Shown: positions 1 to 9,406, numbered from the stretch's first letter. The stretch is 32,000 nt of DNA from Fastidiosibacter lacustris (GCF_003428155.1 NZ_QLIR01000012.1:20498-52497); one strand, 5' to 3'. Program-made: numbers and translations. The notes: a model not told the origin generated them from the sequence alone.

Positions 1-2366
1 AAACCAATCGTGAGATACATGCTAAAAATGGTGGGATGTATGAGAAGCTGGCACAGTATCAAGCAGATATGGCGAATAAAGCGTTAACTGATGGCTTTAA
101 TCATGGATTTGGTAAAGGGGCGCGATTTGACTTAAAAAACTATCGTTCGTATTTTTTTGTGAATACGGTTGAAGATAACTTAAAAAAGCTACTGGAAGTC
201 AAAGAAGAAACTGAGAATGATTTATCAGCGATTGGTACCAGCTTTCGTGATATGGATGCTGAGGATTTGATTGCCTATGTTGAGGGGATGGTCAATCACA
301 ACACGACTGAAACGACCCTGCCACGGATTAACTATAATCCGTATGAAGAATTAAGCCAGCAAGTCTATGATCGCACCACGCAAATCAATGCGTCCAATCC
401 ACGTTTTATCGATATTACTTTTCATGATGCAACAACGCATGACATCAATCAACCGATAAAAACACGTGTGGTTTGTTTGACCTTGAAGAAATTACCCAGT
501 GAAATTTATCATTGGCATTTACCGAAATATTTATCGTCTTTTAAAGCGATGGGTGCTGCGCTTGCTTGTCCTTTTATGTGGTCACTGAATTTCCAGATTG
601 AGAGTAAAGCCACCTCTGAAAAAGAGGTTAATGGTAAGATTACCAGTTTAAATCGGGCAAAACAATCAGGGCTGGGGCGCTTTATGCCTTTTTTAGAGGA
701 TGAATTGGAAGAGAATATGGAAGCACAACGCGGGTTGGCCGGGGATATTTATCGGTTGTGTAATTTCTCAGTCGATTTGATTTTGTACACCAATTATCAA
801 AACTGGCGGGCAGATGTATCGCGCGCGATGAATCTATTTCGTGATGGGTTAGAACTTTTTCATCCGATCAGGATGCAGAATCAGGTATTTTTATCGTGTT
901 TACCCTTTATGTATACACGTCTTTCTGATGATCGTAAAGTATCGGCAACCAGACATCGTGCCAAATCATCGAACATTGCCAATATGGCACCGATGATTGG
1001 TGATTATAAAGGCGCTTATGATCAGAGTAAGTCAAGTCCTTATCGAGGCTTATCGTACGGGTTGTTAACGCCGACACGTACCAATCAGATTGCGTATTTT
1101 AGTCCCTTTATTATGGGCACGGACTCTTACAATATTGTGATTGCGGGATCAATGGGATCGGGTAAATCGGTCTTGGGGCAATCGATTATTTTAGACTTGT
1201 TGTCAAATAATGGGTTGGTTTTTGCCTTAGATAAAGGCGGTTCTTATCGGGATATGTGTCGGGCGATTGGTGGGCAGATGATTCATGCGGCGAGTTTACA
1301 TTTAAACCCTTTTTCGCATTTGGACTATGAAGCGATGCAGCGTGATCCTGATTTAGTTAATGATCCTGATATCTCGATTGAAGCAATCTTCTTAAACTCG
1401 TTATCGATGATTACCGAATTGTACGCGATGATTGGGCGACCGAATGAGATCGTGACTGACTTTGAGAAAAACTTTTTAAATGGTTGTGTGACACGTGCCT
1501 ATGCCAAAAAGCAAACGAACACCTTAGTTGATGATGTGGTCGCAGAGATTGCATCCGAATTACACGCTGAACAGGAGAAAGGGTTACCCTTTGATCGCAG
1601 AAAAGCTGACTGGATTGATTATTTATACAAATATACTAGCCAAGGGTCATCACCTGAGGTATTTAATAAACCCTCTATGCTTGATCCGAAAGCGAATTTT
1701 ATCTGTATCGAAACAGAGGGAGTGCCCGCGCATTTAAAAAACCCTGTGACGATGGCATTAACGATTGATATTGATCATCGGATTATCTTATCGGAAAGCG
1801 CACGTCCTAAAGGATTTGTGATTGAAGAAGTTGGGGCAATCCTTAAGAATCTTAATTCAGACGCTTTGCGCCAAAAGATTGAGGAGGGCGCTGCCACCTA
1901 TCGCAAGAAAGGGGCAACGTTAATCACGATCACACAGGAAGTTGAAGAGTTTTTTCATTCACCGTTATTGCAGGTGATCTATAACAAATCGGAGCTTAAA
2001 ATGATTATGCGTCAAGGAGATAGTTTTGCGGCGTTTGCCAAAGAAAAAGAATTGTTCGATACCGCTGATATTGAACAGATTAAGCGCTTTAAGAAATCCT
2101 CGGAAGCGATGTTTTCGACATTTTTGCTTAAAAATGGCAATGCCACGTCAATCCATCATTTCTATCTTGATCCGTATTCCAAGGTGTTAACCTCAACCAA
2201 ACCAGAAGATATGGCAGCGATTAAAGCGTATCGTAAGCAAGGCTATAGCATAGGCGAGGCTGTGGAGCAGGTGATGTGGGATTACTATGGTGAGGAAGCC
2301 CAAGCGTTAATGGATTATCGTCAACATCAAGCGAATGCTGCGCTTAAGATTCAGGCTATTGATTGA
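1..2366 (+). CDS. traC: TraC, F-type T4SS VirB4-family ATPase (5' end upstream of the window)
   Basis: The frame of ORF 36..2366 stays open back to base 3 (TNREIHAKNGG-M), so the gene is cut by the window edge. Walker A GSMGSGKS and an ITITQEVEEF block are collinear with F TraC as recalled. The gene is followed by trbI-traW-traU as in F. Confidence 0.93.
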   Translation, partial: TNREIHAKNGGMYEKLAQYQADMANKALTDGFNHGFGKGARFDLKNYRSYFFVNTVEDNLKKLLEVKEETENDLSAIGTSFRDMDAEDLIAYVEGMVNHNTTETTLPRINYNPYEELSQQVYDRTTQINASNPRFIDITFHDATTHDINQPIKTRVVCLTLKKLPSEIYHWHLPKYLSSFKAMGAALACPFMWSLNFQIESKATSEKEVNGKITSLNRAKQSGLGRFMPFLEDELEENMEAQRGLAGDIYRLCNFSVDLILYTNYQNWRADVSRAMNLFRDGLELFHPIRMQNQVFLSCLPFMYTRLSDDRKVSATRHRAKSSNIANMAPMIGDYKGAYDQSKSSPYRGLSYGLLTPTRTNQIAYFSPFIMGTDSYNIVIAGSMGSGKSVLGQSIILDLLSNNGLVFALDKGGSYRDMCRAIGGQMIHAASLHLNPFSHLDYEAMQRDPDLVNDPDISIEAIFLNSLSMITELYAMIGRPNEIVTDFEKNFLNGCVTRAYAKKQTNTLVDDVVAEIASELHAEQEKGLPFDRRKADWIDYLYKYTSQGSSPEVFNKPSMLDPKANFICIETEGVPAHLKNPVTMALTIDIDHRIILSESARPKGFVIEEVGAILKNLNSDALRQKIEEGAATYRKKGATLITITQEVEEFFHSPLLQVIYNKSELKMIMRQGDSFAAFAKEKELFDTADIEQIKRFKKSSEAMFSTFLLKNGNATSIHHFYLDPYSKVLTSTKPEDMAAIKAYRKQGYSIGEAVEQVMWDYYGEEAQALMDYRQHQANAALKIQAID

Positions 2367-2413
2367 TCCTGTGGATTGGGATGGTCTTATGACAGCCGCG
2401 CCGTGTTGCGTCA

Positions 2414-2460
2414 ATAAAAGTAAAAAAGCAAAAAAAGTAAAAAAAGTAAAATAAAAAAAA
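2414..2460. repeat. A-rich 9-nt-period tract (agtaaaaaa gcaaaaaaa gtaaaaaaa gtaaaataaaaaaaa) between traC and trbI
   Basis: Read directly. Three to four units of (G)(T/C)A7 end in an A8 run that abuts the trbI Shine-Dalgarno sequence GAGGGG. Confidence 0.7.
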
Positions 2461-2472
2461 GAGGGGTAACGT

Positions 2473-2829
2473 ATGTTTGACCTGATCTATCGGGGATTAC
2501 AAGTAGTTTTGTTGCTGATGTTATCGATTATGTTGAGTGTAACATTTATCAAGCTGACAACACCGCCACCGATAAAGATGGTGAGTGTTGATGTGTCCAG
2601 CATGATCAAAACCTTTGCCAAAGAAAGTAGCAAATTAAACTTAACTGAGCATCAACAAAAGGATTTATCACGTGATTTTGCCGATGCATTAACCCGCGTC
2701 AATCAGGCGTATGGTAAAAAACATCATGCGATTGTGTTAGTCAGTGGGGCGGTGGTTGCGGGTGTCGAGGATGTGACGTCTGAGATTCAGGCGCAGGTTT
2801 TTAATCAAATTGATTTTAAGATAGAGTGA
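2473..2829 (+). CDS. trbI: TrbI, type-F conjugative transfer protein
   Basis: N-terminal TM segment. The C-terminal block KKHHAIVLVSGAVVAGVEDVTSEIQ matches F TrbI QKHHAVILVSPAVVQGAPDITREIQ as recalled. Strong SD (agaggggtaacgtATG). Position between traC and traW. Confidence 0.85.
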   Translation: MFDLIYRGLQVVLLLMLSIMLSVTFIKLTTPPPIKMVSVDVSSMIKTFAKESSKLNLTEHQQKDLSRDFADALTRVNQAYGKKHHAIVLVSGAVVAGVEDVTSEIQAQVFNQIDFKIE

Positions 2830-2837
2830 GGATTGTT

Positions 2838-3353
2838 ATGTTAAAGAAAATAAGTATTTTGTTCATAGGTCTTTGGTGTCTTAATCCTATGGCATTTGCA
2901 AATAAAATAAATGAAAGCGGGGAAGAGCAATTTGCCAAAACCTATGCGTGTTTTTTAGATAAATATTCCAAAGACAGCAGGTTAATACAATCACTTATTC
3001 AGCCTGAGTCTGAAGATAGCCAGATGAATGCCAATGCGCTCATTCAAAAATATGGTAAAGAAAAATACGAATTAAGCATTAGTGCGTTAGTTGATTATTA
3101 TGCACAGTGCCAAGGGCTTTTGGTTAGACATAACGTGCGCTCAGATGTGATTAAAAATGAAGATCAGTGCTGGCTATCCATGATGGCAAAAGATAAAAGA
3201 GTTTTAAAACCAATGTTTCTATTTTTCTTTCCAAGTATATTTAATTCAGAAGAAGTGAGTGATTTTTTCACTTTAACCTCGAAAGAAGCAATACAAGAGA
3301 ATGCTATAGCGATGTTTGAGATTGCGCAGAAGTGTAATCATTCGTCAACATAA
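2838..3353 (+). CDS. Hypothetical exported protein (signal peptide, Cys-containing), not part of the F gene order
   Basis: ATG at 2838 is preceded by TGAGGA. N-terminus MLKKISILFIGLWCLNPMAFA-NK looks like a Sec signal. I recognise no family motif. The track start at 2826 is a GTG with no SD. Confidence 0.55.
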   Translation: MLKKISILFIGLWCLNPMAFANKINESGEEQFAKTYACFLDKYSKDSRLIQSLIQPESEDSQMNANALIQKYGKEKYELSISALVDYYAQCQGLLVRHNVRSDVIKNEDQCWLSMMAKDKRVLKPMFLFFFPSIFNSEEVSDFFTLTSKEAIQENAIAMFEIAQKCNHSST

Positions 3354-3534
3354 GACTGTAAGCTGCGGAGAGTGTTTTAAACTTTCCGCATTCTAACTGT
3401 TGTTTTTTATCATCATTTACTTTTTTTGCGTTATCACATTGTTCTTTGTGATAGGCAATGGCTTCTTGCATATTGCTAAATGCAATTGCATTAGAAATGT
3501 TAGTAAGCAATATCAATGTTAATAATGTTTTCAT
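3304..3534 (-). CDS. Possible small exported protein (76 aa) antisense to the tra operon
   Basis: Signal-like N-terminus MKTLLTLILLTNISNAIA-FS and two Cys in the mature part. It fills an otherwise 200-nt untranslated gap. There is no SD, and its start lies only 20 nt from the traW start, leaving no intergenic room for a promoter. Confidence 0.3.
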   Translation of the reverse strand: MKTLLTLILLTNISNAIAFSNMQEAIAYHKEQCDNAKKVNDDKKQQLECGKFKTLSAAYSLMLTNDYTSAQSQTSL

Positions 3535-3554
3535 AGCACAATAAAGAGATAGAA

Positions 3555-4355
3555 ATGATTAAATTAGATAAAATTATATCGTTGCTGCTCAGACTATACA
3601 AGCTGGTTATTACTAGCCTTACGGTCTTGTTATTAATCAGCGGCATAAGCTTTGGCAAGAACTTAGGACAATATGGTCATGTATACGAAATACTTGAGCA
3701 GAATATGCTGGACTTTATTCATGATCGATTACTGTATTTACAGGAAACAGGTGAGCTTGCCAAACTAGAAAGTGAGGCAAAGGCACGTGTTAAAGCCTCT
3801 ATTTTGCGACCCAAACCGGTGCGTCTGGGGACGACAACTGATCCGAAAGTATTTTACTATACGCCAATGTATACCTTGCCACAGGATGTTTACGATGGCA
3901 AAGGCAATATCCTTTATCATAAAGGCACACGCTTTAACTCGATGGATAGTAGCACGTATCCTGAGCCTTTGCGTCAATATCATTTTGTACTACCGAAATG
4001 GCAAGGGCATTTCATCTTTTTTAATGGTGATGACATGCAACAGGTTAATTGGCTCAATAAAACCCTTGTTGAGATGAATGCCAAAAAGCAAAGTTATAAA
4101 CTGGTGATGACCGGTGGAAATTTAAAAGACACGATAGCCGCAGTAAACACACGCGTTTACTTTGATCAATATGGCAAATTAAGTGATCAATTTGGCATTA
4201 AGCATGTGCCAAGCATGGTATCTCAGGAAAATAACCAGTTCAAAATTCAATCGTTTAATGTGGCTCATGAGTCATTGAAATTAGCGGTTAATCACAAAGT
4301 AGACGAACGAAATGAGCAAGCGGATCAAGTAGATCAAGTAGACAAAAACAGTTAA
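3555..4355 (+). CDS. traW: TraW, type-F pilus assembly protein
   Basis: Blocks FFNGDDMQQVNWL and RVYFDQYGKLSDQFGIKHVPSMVS match F TraW YFINGDDPAQVAWM and RVYFDQNGVLCQRLGIDQVPARVS as recalled. Signal/TM N-terminus. Synteny. Confidence 0.9.
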   Translation: MIKLDKIISLLLRLYKLVITSLTVLLLISGISFGKNLGQYGHVYEILEQNMLDFIHDRLLYLQETGELAKLESEAKARVKASILRPKPVRLGTTTDPKVFYYTPMYTLPQDVYDGKGNILYHKGTRFNSMDSSTYPEPLRQYHFVLPKWQGHFIFFNGDDMQQVNWLNKTLVEMNAKKQSYKLVMTGGNLKDTIAAVNTRVYFDQYGKLSDQFGIKHVPSMVSQENNQFKIQSFNVAHESLKLAVNHKVDERNEQADQVDQVDKNS

Positions 4356-4411
4356 AAACACTCAGAGATAAAAAATAAGTAAATGGAAAAAAAATAAAAA
4401 GATGGTGAGAT

Positions 4412-5476
4412 ATGTTAGGCAAATGGATGCAGTTGATCAAAACAACAATAATCAAAATAGGATTGGGTTGTTGCTTGGCATTGTTGGTGCAGCAAAGCTA
4501 TAGTGCAACAGGCACTTGCACAGGGCGTTTTGTTAACCCAATTACCGATATATCATGGGCAAGTATTTTCCCGATGACGATTGGTAAAGTGCCTGTTATT
4601 GCCAGTGCTTTAGGTTTACCTGATACGCCCAATCCGACCTCTCCTGTTGTGGGGTGTAATTTACCCCCTCCATTATTTTATCGTATTGGGATCACGATTG
4701 GTTATTGGGAGCCTTATGCGCTAACGGATGTGACACGTATTCCCTATTGCATGGTCAATATGGGCTTTGAAATGCCATTGGGATTAAATATGCAGCAAAT
4801 AGGCGGGGCAGCGACTGGGGGTACGGAAGTGGCATCAGCAGGGGGCAGACAAGACACGAATGCGCAGTTTTTTCATGTACATTGGTATAAATACCCTATT
4901 ATTTACTGGTTGCAACTGATCCAATCGGCGGCGTGTATGGCAACGGACAACTATGATATTTTATACATGAGTGAACTTGATCCATTATGGGATGATGACT
5001 TATTAGCCTTTTATTTAAACCCAGAAGCGATTTTATTTGGCAATCCAGTGATACAATTAGCCTGTATTGCCGAATCGGTATTAACCTCGGCTAATGTGGC
5101 ATTGCCTTTGGATGTGCTATTTTGGTGCGCGGGCTCACAAGGCTCAATGTATCCGTTAACCGGCACTGTATCCAGTGCGTTTTCAGATGCGTCCAATGCG
5201 GTACTATTAACTGAGCGCATGAATTATAAATTGCACCGTGAGGGATTGGTGTTAGAAACCGTGCCTGAATGGCCTGCGATCTGTTATCAGTATTATGCGC
5301 CGATATTACCCAAATCACGTTATCGTTATCAATACACCAATGTCGTGCCAGAGCCGTATATTTCACACCCTTATACAACGACAACAATGATTTCAGAAGC
5401 GGGTAAAAACAATATTGTGACGGGTGACAATTTTGGGTTTTTAAACTTCAAAAAACGCAATTGTGTGTTTTTATAG
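4412..5476 (+). CDS. traU: TraU, type-F pilus assembly / DNA transfer protein
   Basis: 354 aa with a signal peptide. Cys-containing TraU-like sequence (GTCTGRFVNPITDISW..., HVHWYKYP). SD GGTGAG. Position after traW. Confidence 0.92.
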   Translation: MLGKWMQLIKTTIIKIGLGCCLALLVQQSYSATGTCTGRFVNPITDISWASIFPMTIGKVPVIASALGLPDTPNPTSPVVGCNLPPPLFYRIGITIGYWEPYALTDVTRIPYCMVNMGFEMPLGLNMQQIGGAATGGTEVASAGGRQDTNAQFFHVHWYKYPIIYWLQLIQSAACMATDNYDILYMSELDPLWDDDLLAFYLNPEAILFGNPVIQLACIAESVLTSANVALPLDVLFWCAGSQGSMYPLTGTVSSAFSDASNAVLLTERMNYKLHREGLVLETVPEWPAICYQYYAPILPKSRYRYQYTNVVPEPYISHPYTTTTMISEAGKNNIVTGDNFGFLNFKKRNCVFL

Positions 5477-5498
5477 TACATGATTTAAGGAGATAGAC

Positions 5499-5750
5499 AT
5501 GGCATTAACCAACAAGATAACTGTTTCTAACACAAGCAATTTACCCTATGCCATTGTGATTGGCTATATGGCGATTATGATTGTCGTCATGACTGTGATT
5601 GTCAGCCTGTCGATCAAGGAAGCTGAAAAGAAAAGCGTGCGTGAAGCAGCGCTTAGGGCAAGTATTGATGATCACTTTGCCAAAACGCGAGCTGAATTTG
5701 ATAAGCAATTTGAACAAATCAGGCGTGATCGCGGTAGATGGGGAGGTTGA
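5499..5750 (+). CDS. Hypothetical single-pass membrane protein (83 aa)
   Basis: Strong SD (taaggagatagacATG), one TM segment (YAIVIGYMAIMIVVMTVIVSLSI) and a charged C-terminal tail. Tightly packed between traU and trbC. No family recognised. Confidence 0.55.
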   Translation: MALTNKITVSNTSNLPYAIVIGYMAIMIVVMTVIVSLSIKEAEKKSVREAALRASIDDHFAKTRAEFDKQFEQIRRDRGRWGG

Positions 5751-5752
5751 TA

Positions 5753-6556
5753 ATGTATGCAAATAGTATAAGAGTAAAGAGAGTAGAAAAAATAACGTCA
5801 CTTTTGTGTTTCTTGATTTGTCAGTTTAGTTTGCTTGGTGTATCTCAGCATTCTTATGCCACTGAAAATGTAAGCCAACCAACGTACTCACAACAAGATA
5901 TTGAAGCGTTAAACCAATCTGCACAACAAAAAGCGCAAAGCTATCAAACTCAAGCATTACAACTTAATGAGCAGGCATTAGCAACAAGCAAGCAACATGA
6001 AGATGCCGCACGTCAAACGGCTGAAATGGGCAAAGAAAAGTGGCTTGAAGCGATGGCAAAGCTTAAAAACCAGTACATTGATGATAAACAATTAGCGGCG
6101 ATGCAAAAGCAGTATCATGGTTTATTGATTTTTGCGTCATTATGGATGCCAGAAGCCTCATTAAAAGCACTCGTTAAGCAAGCCGATCAAGTCGGGGCAC
6201 CCATTATTATTCAAGGCTTATATAAAAACAGTTTTCAACTGACTGCCGATAAAATATTTGATCTGGTGAAGCCCGAAAAAGCTGAAAAAGAGGGTGGCAA
6301 ATATCAAGGTGGCATTGTGATTGATCCGAATTGGTTCAAAATGTATGGGATTACTAAGGTGCCTGCCTTTGTCATCACCCATCAGTTTAATGCCTGCTTA
6401 GGTGGCAAAGATTGCAAGGTGGCAGATTATGATATATTGACGGGCAATATATCGGCTCAAGATGCATTAACTGTCTTTAAGCGTAAAGGGCAGCGGCAGT
6501 TTCAAGCCGTGGTTGAGCAGTTTTTATCTTTGACGGATCAAGCTGATCACAGGTAG
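5753..6556 (+). CDS. trbC: TrbC, type-F pilus assembly protein
   Basis: In-frame ATG at 5753 lies 6 nt downstream of GGGAGG (5741-5746); the track start at 5738 lacks an SD. Signal peptide, Q-rich linker, and a C-terminal TrbC-like block (GAPIIIQGL..., GITKVPAFVI). Synteny. Confidence 0.8.
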   Translation: MYANSIRVKRVEKITSLLCFLICQFSLLGVSQHSYATENVSQPTYSQQDIEALNQSAQQKAQSYQTQALQLNEQALATSKQHEDAARQTAEMGKEKWLEAMAKLKNQYIDDKQLAAMQKQYHGLLIFASLWMPEASLKALVKQADQVGAPIIIQGLYKNSFQLTADKIFDLVKPEKAEKEGGKYQGGIVIDPNWFKMYGITKVPAFVITHQFNACLGGKDCKVADYDILTGNISAQDALTVFKRKGQRQFQAVVEQFLSLTDQADHR

Positions 6557-6648
6557 TTTTTACCTTTTTTATCTTTTTTTACGTTGATTATGGTCTAATT
6601 TTCATCATTGGATTTTGCCGTTTTATTTTTTTATGGGGGTTGCTCAGC

Positions 6649-8544
6649 ATGAGGGGTATTCATTATACGATGTGGTGTGCGGTAACATGGCTTTTTTGTA
6701 TTACGACCATCGCTGTTGTCACAGCAAATGAGATGCAACAACACTTTGATAATTATTCGACTGACTATCAGGATGTTGCAAAAAACATGATTACATCAGG
6801 TCAGCTTAATAGCAAGATCAATGCACAGGATTATACCAAAGATGATATCAATGCTATTGCTGTCAAGGGTTATTACGATAATCCTGATGCCATGACAGAA
6901 GATAGTAAAAAAGCGTATAGAGAAAATACAAACACCCAAGCATTAAGTGATTTGCAGATCAATGGCAAACAAAAGATTGACCCAAATAATCCTGCATACA
7001 AAAAAGCGGCTGAAACCCAAGCGAATGCCGATAAAATCTTACATGAAACAATCGGTTCAGGTTATCAATGCACAGAAGTGTCAATGGGTTGCACTACAGA
7101 AACAACGGTTAAAACCTGTCAGCAATCGAATCATCAGAATTTATCCTGTTATCTTTTGCCAAAAATTGAAGTGATTGACGTGCCCTATCTAACGCAAGAT
7201 ACTTTTACTGGACAACTAGCGAACATTGCAGGGGCTGTAGGCTATATCGTTGTACCTGAAAAGGGCACCATTATATCTGCGCATATACAGTTAAATAATT
7301 ATGGACATAATATTTGGACATGTAAACGTAATTATTGGGGATTAGTCTCAGGCGATAGAACCAATACATTTTGGCCTGACTGTGGTGGCGGAACCGATGG
7401 ATTTGGTGCGGGCTTTAGTGTCGGTCATATTAGTATTCCCGTAGCGTCTCAGCAAAGTGTTCCTTTTGAGCTTAAGTGTGACCCTGGTCGTTTGGGTATT
7501 CGCCATTGTGGAACGGTTGGTTCAGCATGGCGACAATGGACAATCGTCATGAATGTGACGCGATATAAGAAAGAAGCGCATGTCACATGGCAAGATACCT
7601 GTACCAACTTACAAACCAGTGCTTGCGTTAAAACTTCAGAAGTCTGCACAGAAGGTGGGGGAACGCGCCATATCAGTGGTATTGATGTGACGTTAGATTG
7701 CTGGCGTTATGACTTAACCTATTCCTGTGGTTATAACAAAGTCGATTCATGCAAACCTTTTGCGGATAAGTGCAATTATGTTTCTCAACGTTGTATCGAA
7801 CAAGACAGTGGGTTTTGTTTAACCTATGAGAAAACCTATCATTGTATCCAAGAGGATTGCGCTCACAAAGAATTGCGTTGTGGCGATCCAAATTCCATTC
7901 TCTTCACGCAAAAAATAGCGCATGGCACGGCAAATGGTTTTGGCAAAGCCGTTGCAGGGTTTGCGGGTGTTTCTGCCGCAGGGAATGATTTAAATAAAAC
8001 CCAAGATCAGTTGCAAATATTTAAAGGGAAACCCAATGACTGTGGTGAAGCAGGATTGGGGCTTTATGATTGCTGTGATGGCGGTGGCAATATGCTACAC
8101 CGCTGTTCAGAAACTGAAAAAGCATTAAAAGAAGCTCGTGATAAAAACTTAGCGACTTATGTGGGGCGTTATTGTGCTAAAAAAGCGTTAGGCGTTTGTC
8201 TTGTCTATCATCAATCATGGTGTATGTTTGAATCGAAACTGACACGGATTATTCAAGAACAGGGGCGAGCAGGACAGCTTCGCCTATCATTTGGTGACGG
8301 TGAGAATCCCAATTGCTCAGGGTTAACCCCTGAACAGTTGCAACAGATTAATTTTGAGCAAATTGATTTTAGTGAGATTTATGCTGATTTGTCGGTGCAT
8401 AGCCCCAGTGATCAATCGATTGAAGAGGCAATGAGCAATAAGTTCAAAACGAATAAGGAAACACCGCAGTATATGAAAAAGAAGACTGAAGAAGCACAAG
8501 ATCAGCCATTGAAAGATGAGGACATTAAATACCAAGGTGTATAG
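6649..8544 (+). CDS. traN: TraN, mating-pair stabilisation outer-membrane protein
   Basis: About 630 aa with a signal peptide and many Cys in a TraN-like pattern (CxxxxC clusters, YDCCDGGG, CAKKALGVC). Synteny after trbC. ATG 6649 is preferred over TTG 6640. Confidence 0.9.
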   Translation: MRGIHYTMWCAVTWLFCITTIAVVTANEMQQHFDNYSTDYQDVAKNMITSGQLNSKINAQDYTKDDINAIAVKGYYDNPDAMTEDSKKAYRENTNTQALSDLQINGKQKIDPNNPAYKKAAETQANADKILHETIGSGYQCTEVSMGCTTETTVKTCQQSNHQNLSCYLLPKIEVIDVPYLTQDTFTGQLANIAGAVGYIVVPEKGTIISAHIQLNNYGHNIWTCKRNYWGLVSGDRTNTFWPDCGGGTDGFGAGFSVGHISIPVASQQSVPFELKCDPGRLGIRHCGTVGSAWRQWTIVMNVTRYKKEAHVTWQDTCTNLQTSACVKTSEVCTEGGGTRHISGIDVTLDCWRYDLTYSCGYNKVDSCKPFADKCNYVSQRCIEQDSGFCLTYEKTYHCIQEDCAHKELRCGDPNSILFTQKIAHGTANGFGKAVAGFAGVSAAGNDLNKTQDQLQIFKGKPNDCGEAGLGLYDCCDGGGNMLHRCSETEKALKEARDKNLATYVGRYCAKKALGVCLVYHQSWCMFESKLTRIIQEQGRAGQLRLSFGDGENPNCSGLTPEQLQQINFEQIDFSEIYADLSVHSPSDQSIEEAMSNKFKTNKETPQYMKKKTEEAQDQPLKDEDIKYQGV

Positions 8545-8545
8545 C

Positions 8546-9406
8546 ATGCAGAAAGTTAAAAACGTCAAAGACATTAAAGAGATCAAAAAAATAAAAAAAA
8601 TAAAAAAACTGGCAAAAGTAAAAAGCCTGTTTTTAGTAAGCATTTCGTTTATGGTTTTTTTCTTTAGTACCGCATCACATGCTGCTTATCGCGCCCAAGG
8701 ATGGAGCTGGTATAACGCTGCTATTGTCGATTATACGGACGATGATGAGCAACCAAAAAAAGAAAAACAACCAAAAGAAGTAACTGTGACGACACAATTG
8801 CCAATGTCGTATTCCCAGCAGTTGGCGGATTTTCAGGCGTATTATCAAGAGGTTTATGACAAAGCATTGATTACACAAAACGTTGAAGATGTCGCTTATG
8901 CTGCTCGGCTCAATCAATGGATGATCGAGCAATCTAAAGGCTATGGACGTGCATACAAAGAAGCGTTATTAAAATACCCTGAATTATCGCATGAGTTGAA
9001 ATTCCCAACGGCACAAGTGGCGCGTCAAGTGGCTTATCAGGAAGAGAAGAAAGAACAAAGTCGGGCAATTGAAACCTTATCCAAACAGTATGGTTTATTC
9101 TATTTTTATCGTGGTGGCAATGCGTATGATCAAGCGATGGCTGAGTCTGTTCAGGATTTAGCGAATCAATATAAGATTTCATTAATTGGTTTTCCTGTTG
9201 ATGGACAAGCGTTAGCCGTCATTAAAAATAATCATGCTCACACTAACCAGATGCAGACTGTAGGAGTTAAAGCCTTGCCAGCATTGTTTTTGGTTGACCC
9301 TATTCATAAAAAATCACATCCCCTAGCGTATGGTTTTATTGCTCAAGATGATGTGAAAAAGCATTACGTTGATATTGCCACAAACTTTGGGCGGGAGGAA
9401 ATATAA
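8546..9406 (+). CDS. traF: TraF, type-F pilin-assembly protein (thioredoxin-like fold without CxxC)
   Basis: ATG 8546 follows AAGGTG and lies just after the traN stop (8542-8544). Signal peptide ...FFSTASHA-AY. TraF-like blocks (GWSWYN, FYFYRGGNAYDQA, ALPALFLVDP). No CxxC. Confidence 0.88.
   Translation: MQKVKNVKDIKEIKKIKKIKKLAKVKSLFLVSISFMVFFFSTASHAAYRAQGWSWYNAAIVDYTDDDEQPKKEKQPKEVTVTTQLPMSYSQQLADFQAYYQEVYDKALITQNVEDVAYAARLNQWMIEQSKGYGRAYKEALLKYPELSHELKFPTAQVARQVAYQEEKKEQSRAIETLSKQYGLFYFYRGGNAYDQAMAESVQDLANQYKISLIGFPVDGQALAVIKNNHAHTNQMQTVGVKALPALFLVDPIHKKSHPLAYGFIAQDDVKKHYVDIATNFGREEI

Noticed and set aside
1528-1737. Short ORFs from the track nested within or antisense to conserved tra genes. 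Examples: 1528-1737, 3765-3983, 3772-4077, 5011-5220, 5091-5387, 5541-5801, 6947-7174, 7449-7649, 7673-7891, 8323-8643, 8675-9182, 10420-11480, 13083-13368, 14720-14956, 15080-15283, 17634-18314, 18545-18999, and all short ORFs inside traI (21873-27099).
   Set aside because: Each lies entirely inside a longer ORF with clear Tra-family similarity or a better gene model. None has a convincing SD or a recognisable motif. Such ORFs are expected by chance.
6664-6680. Second GTGGTGTG-containing sequence (ATGTGGTGTGCGG) as an alternative nic site.
   Set aside because: It lies inside the traN signal-peptide coding region, lacks the TTGCGTGG prefix, and matches far less well than 29439-29453.
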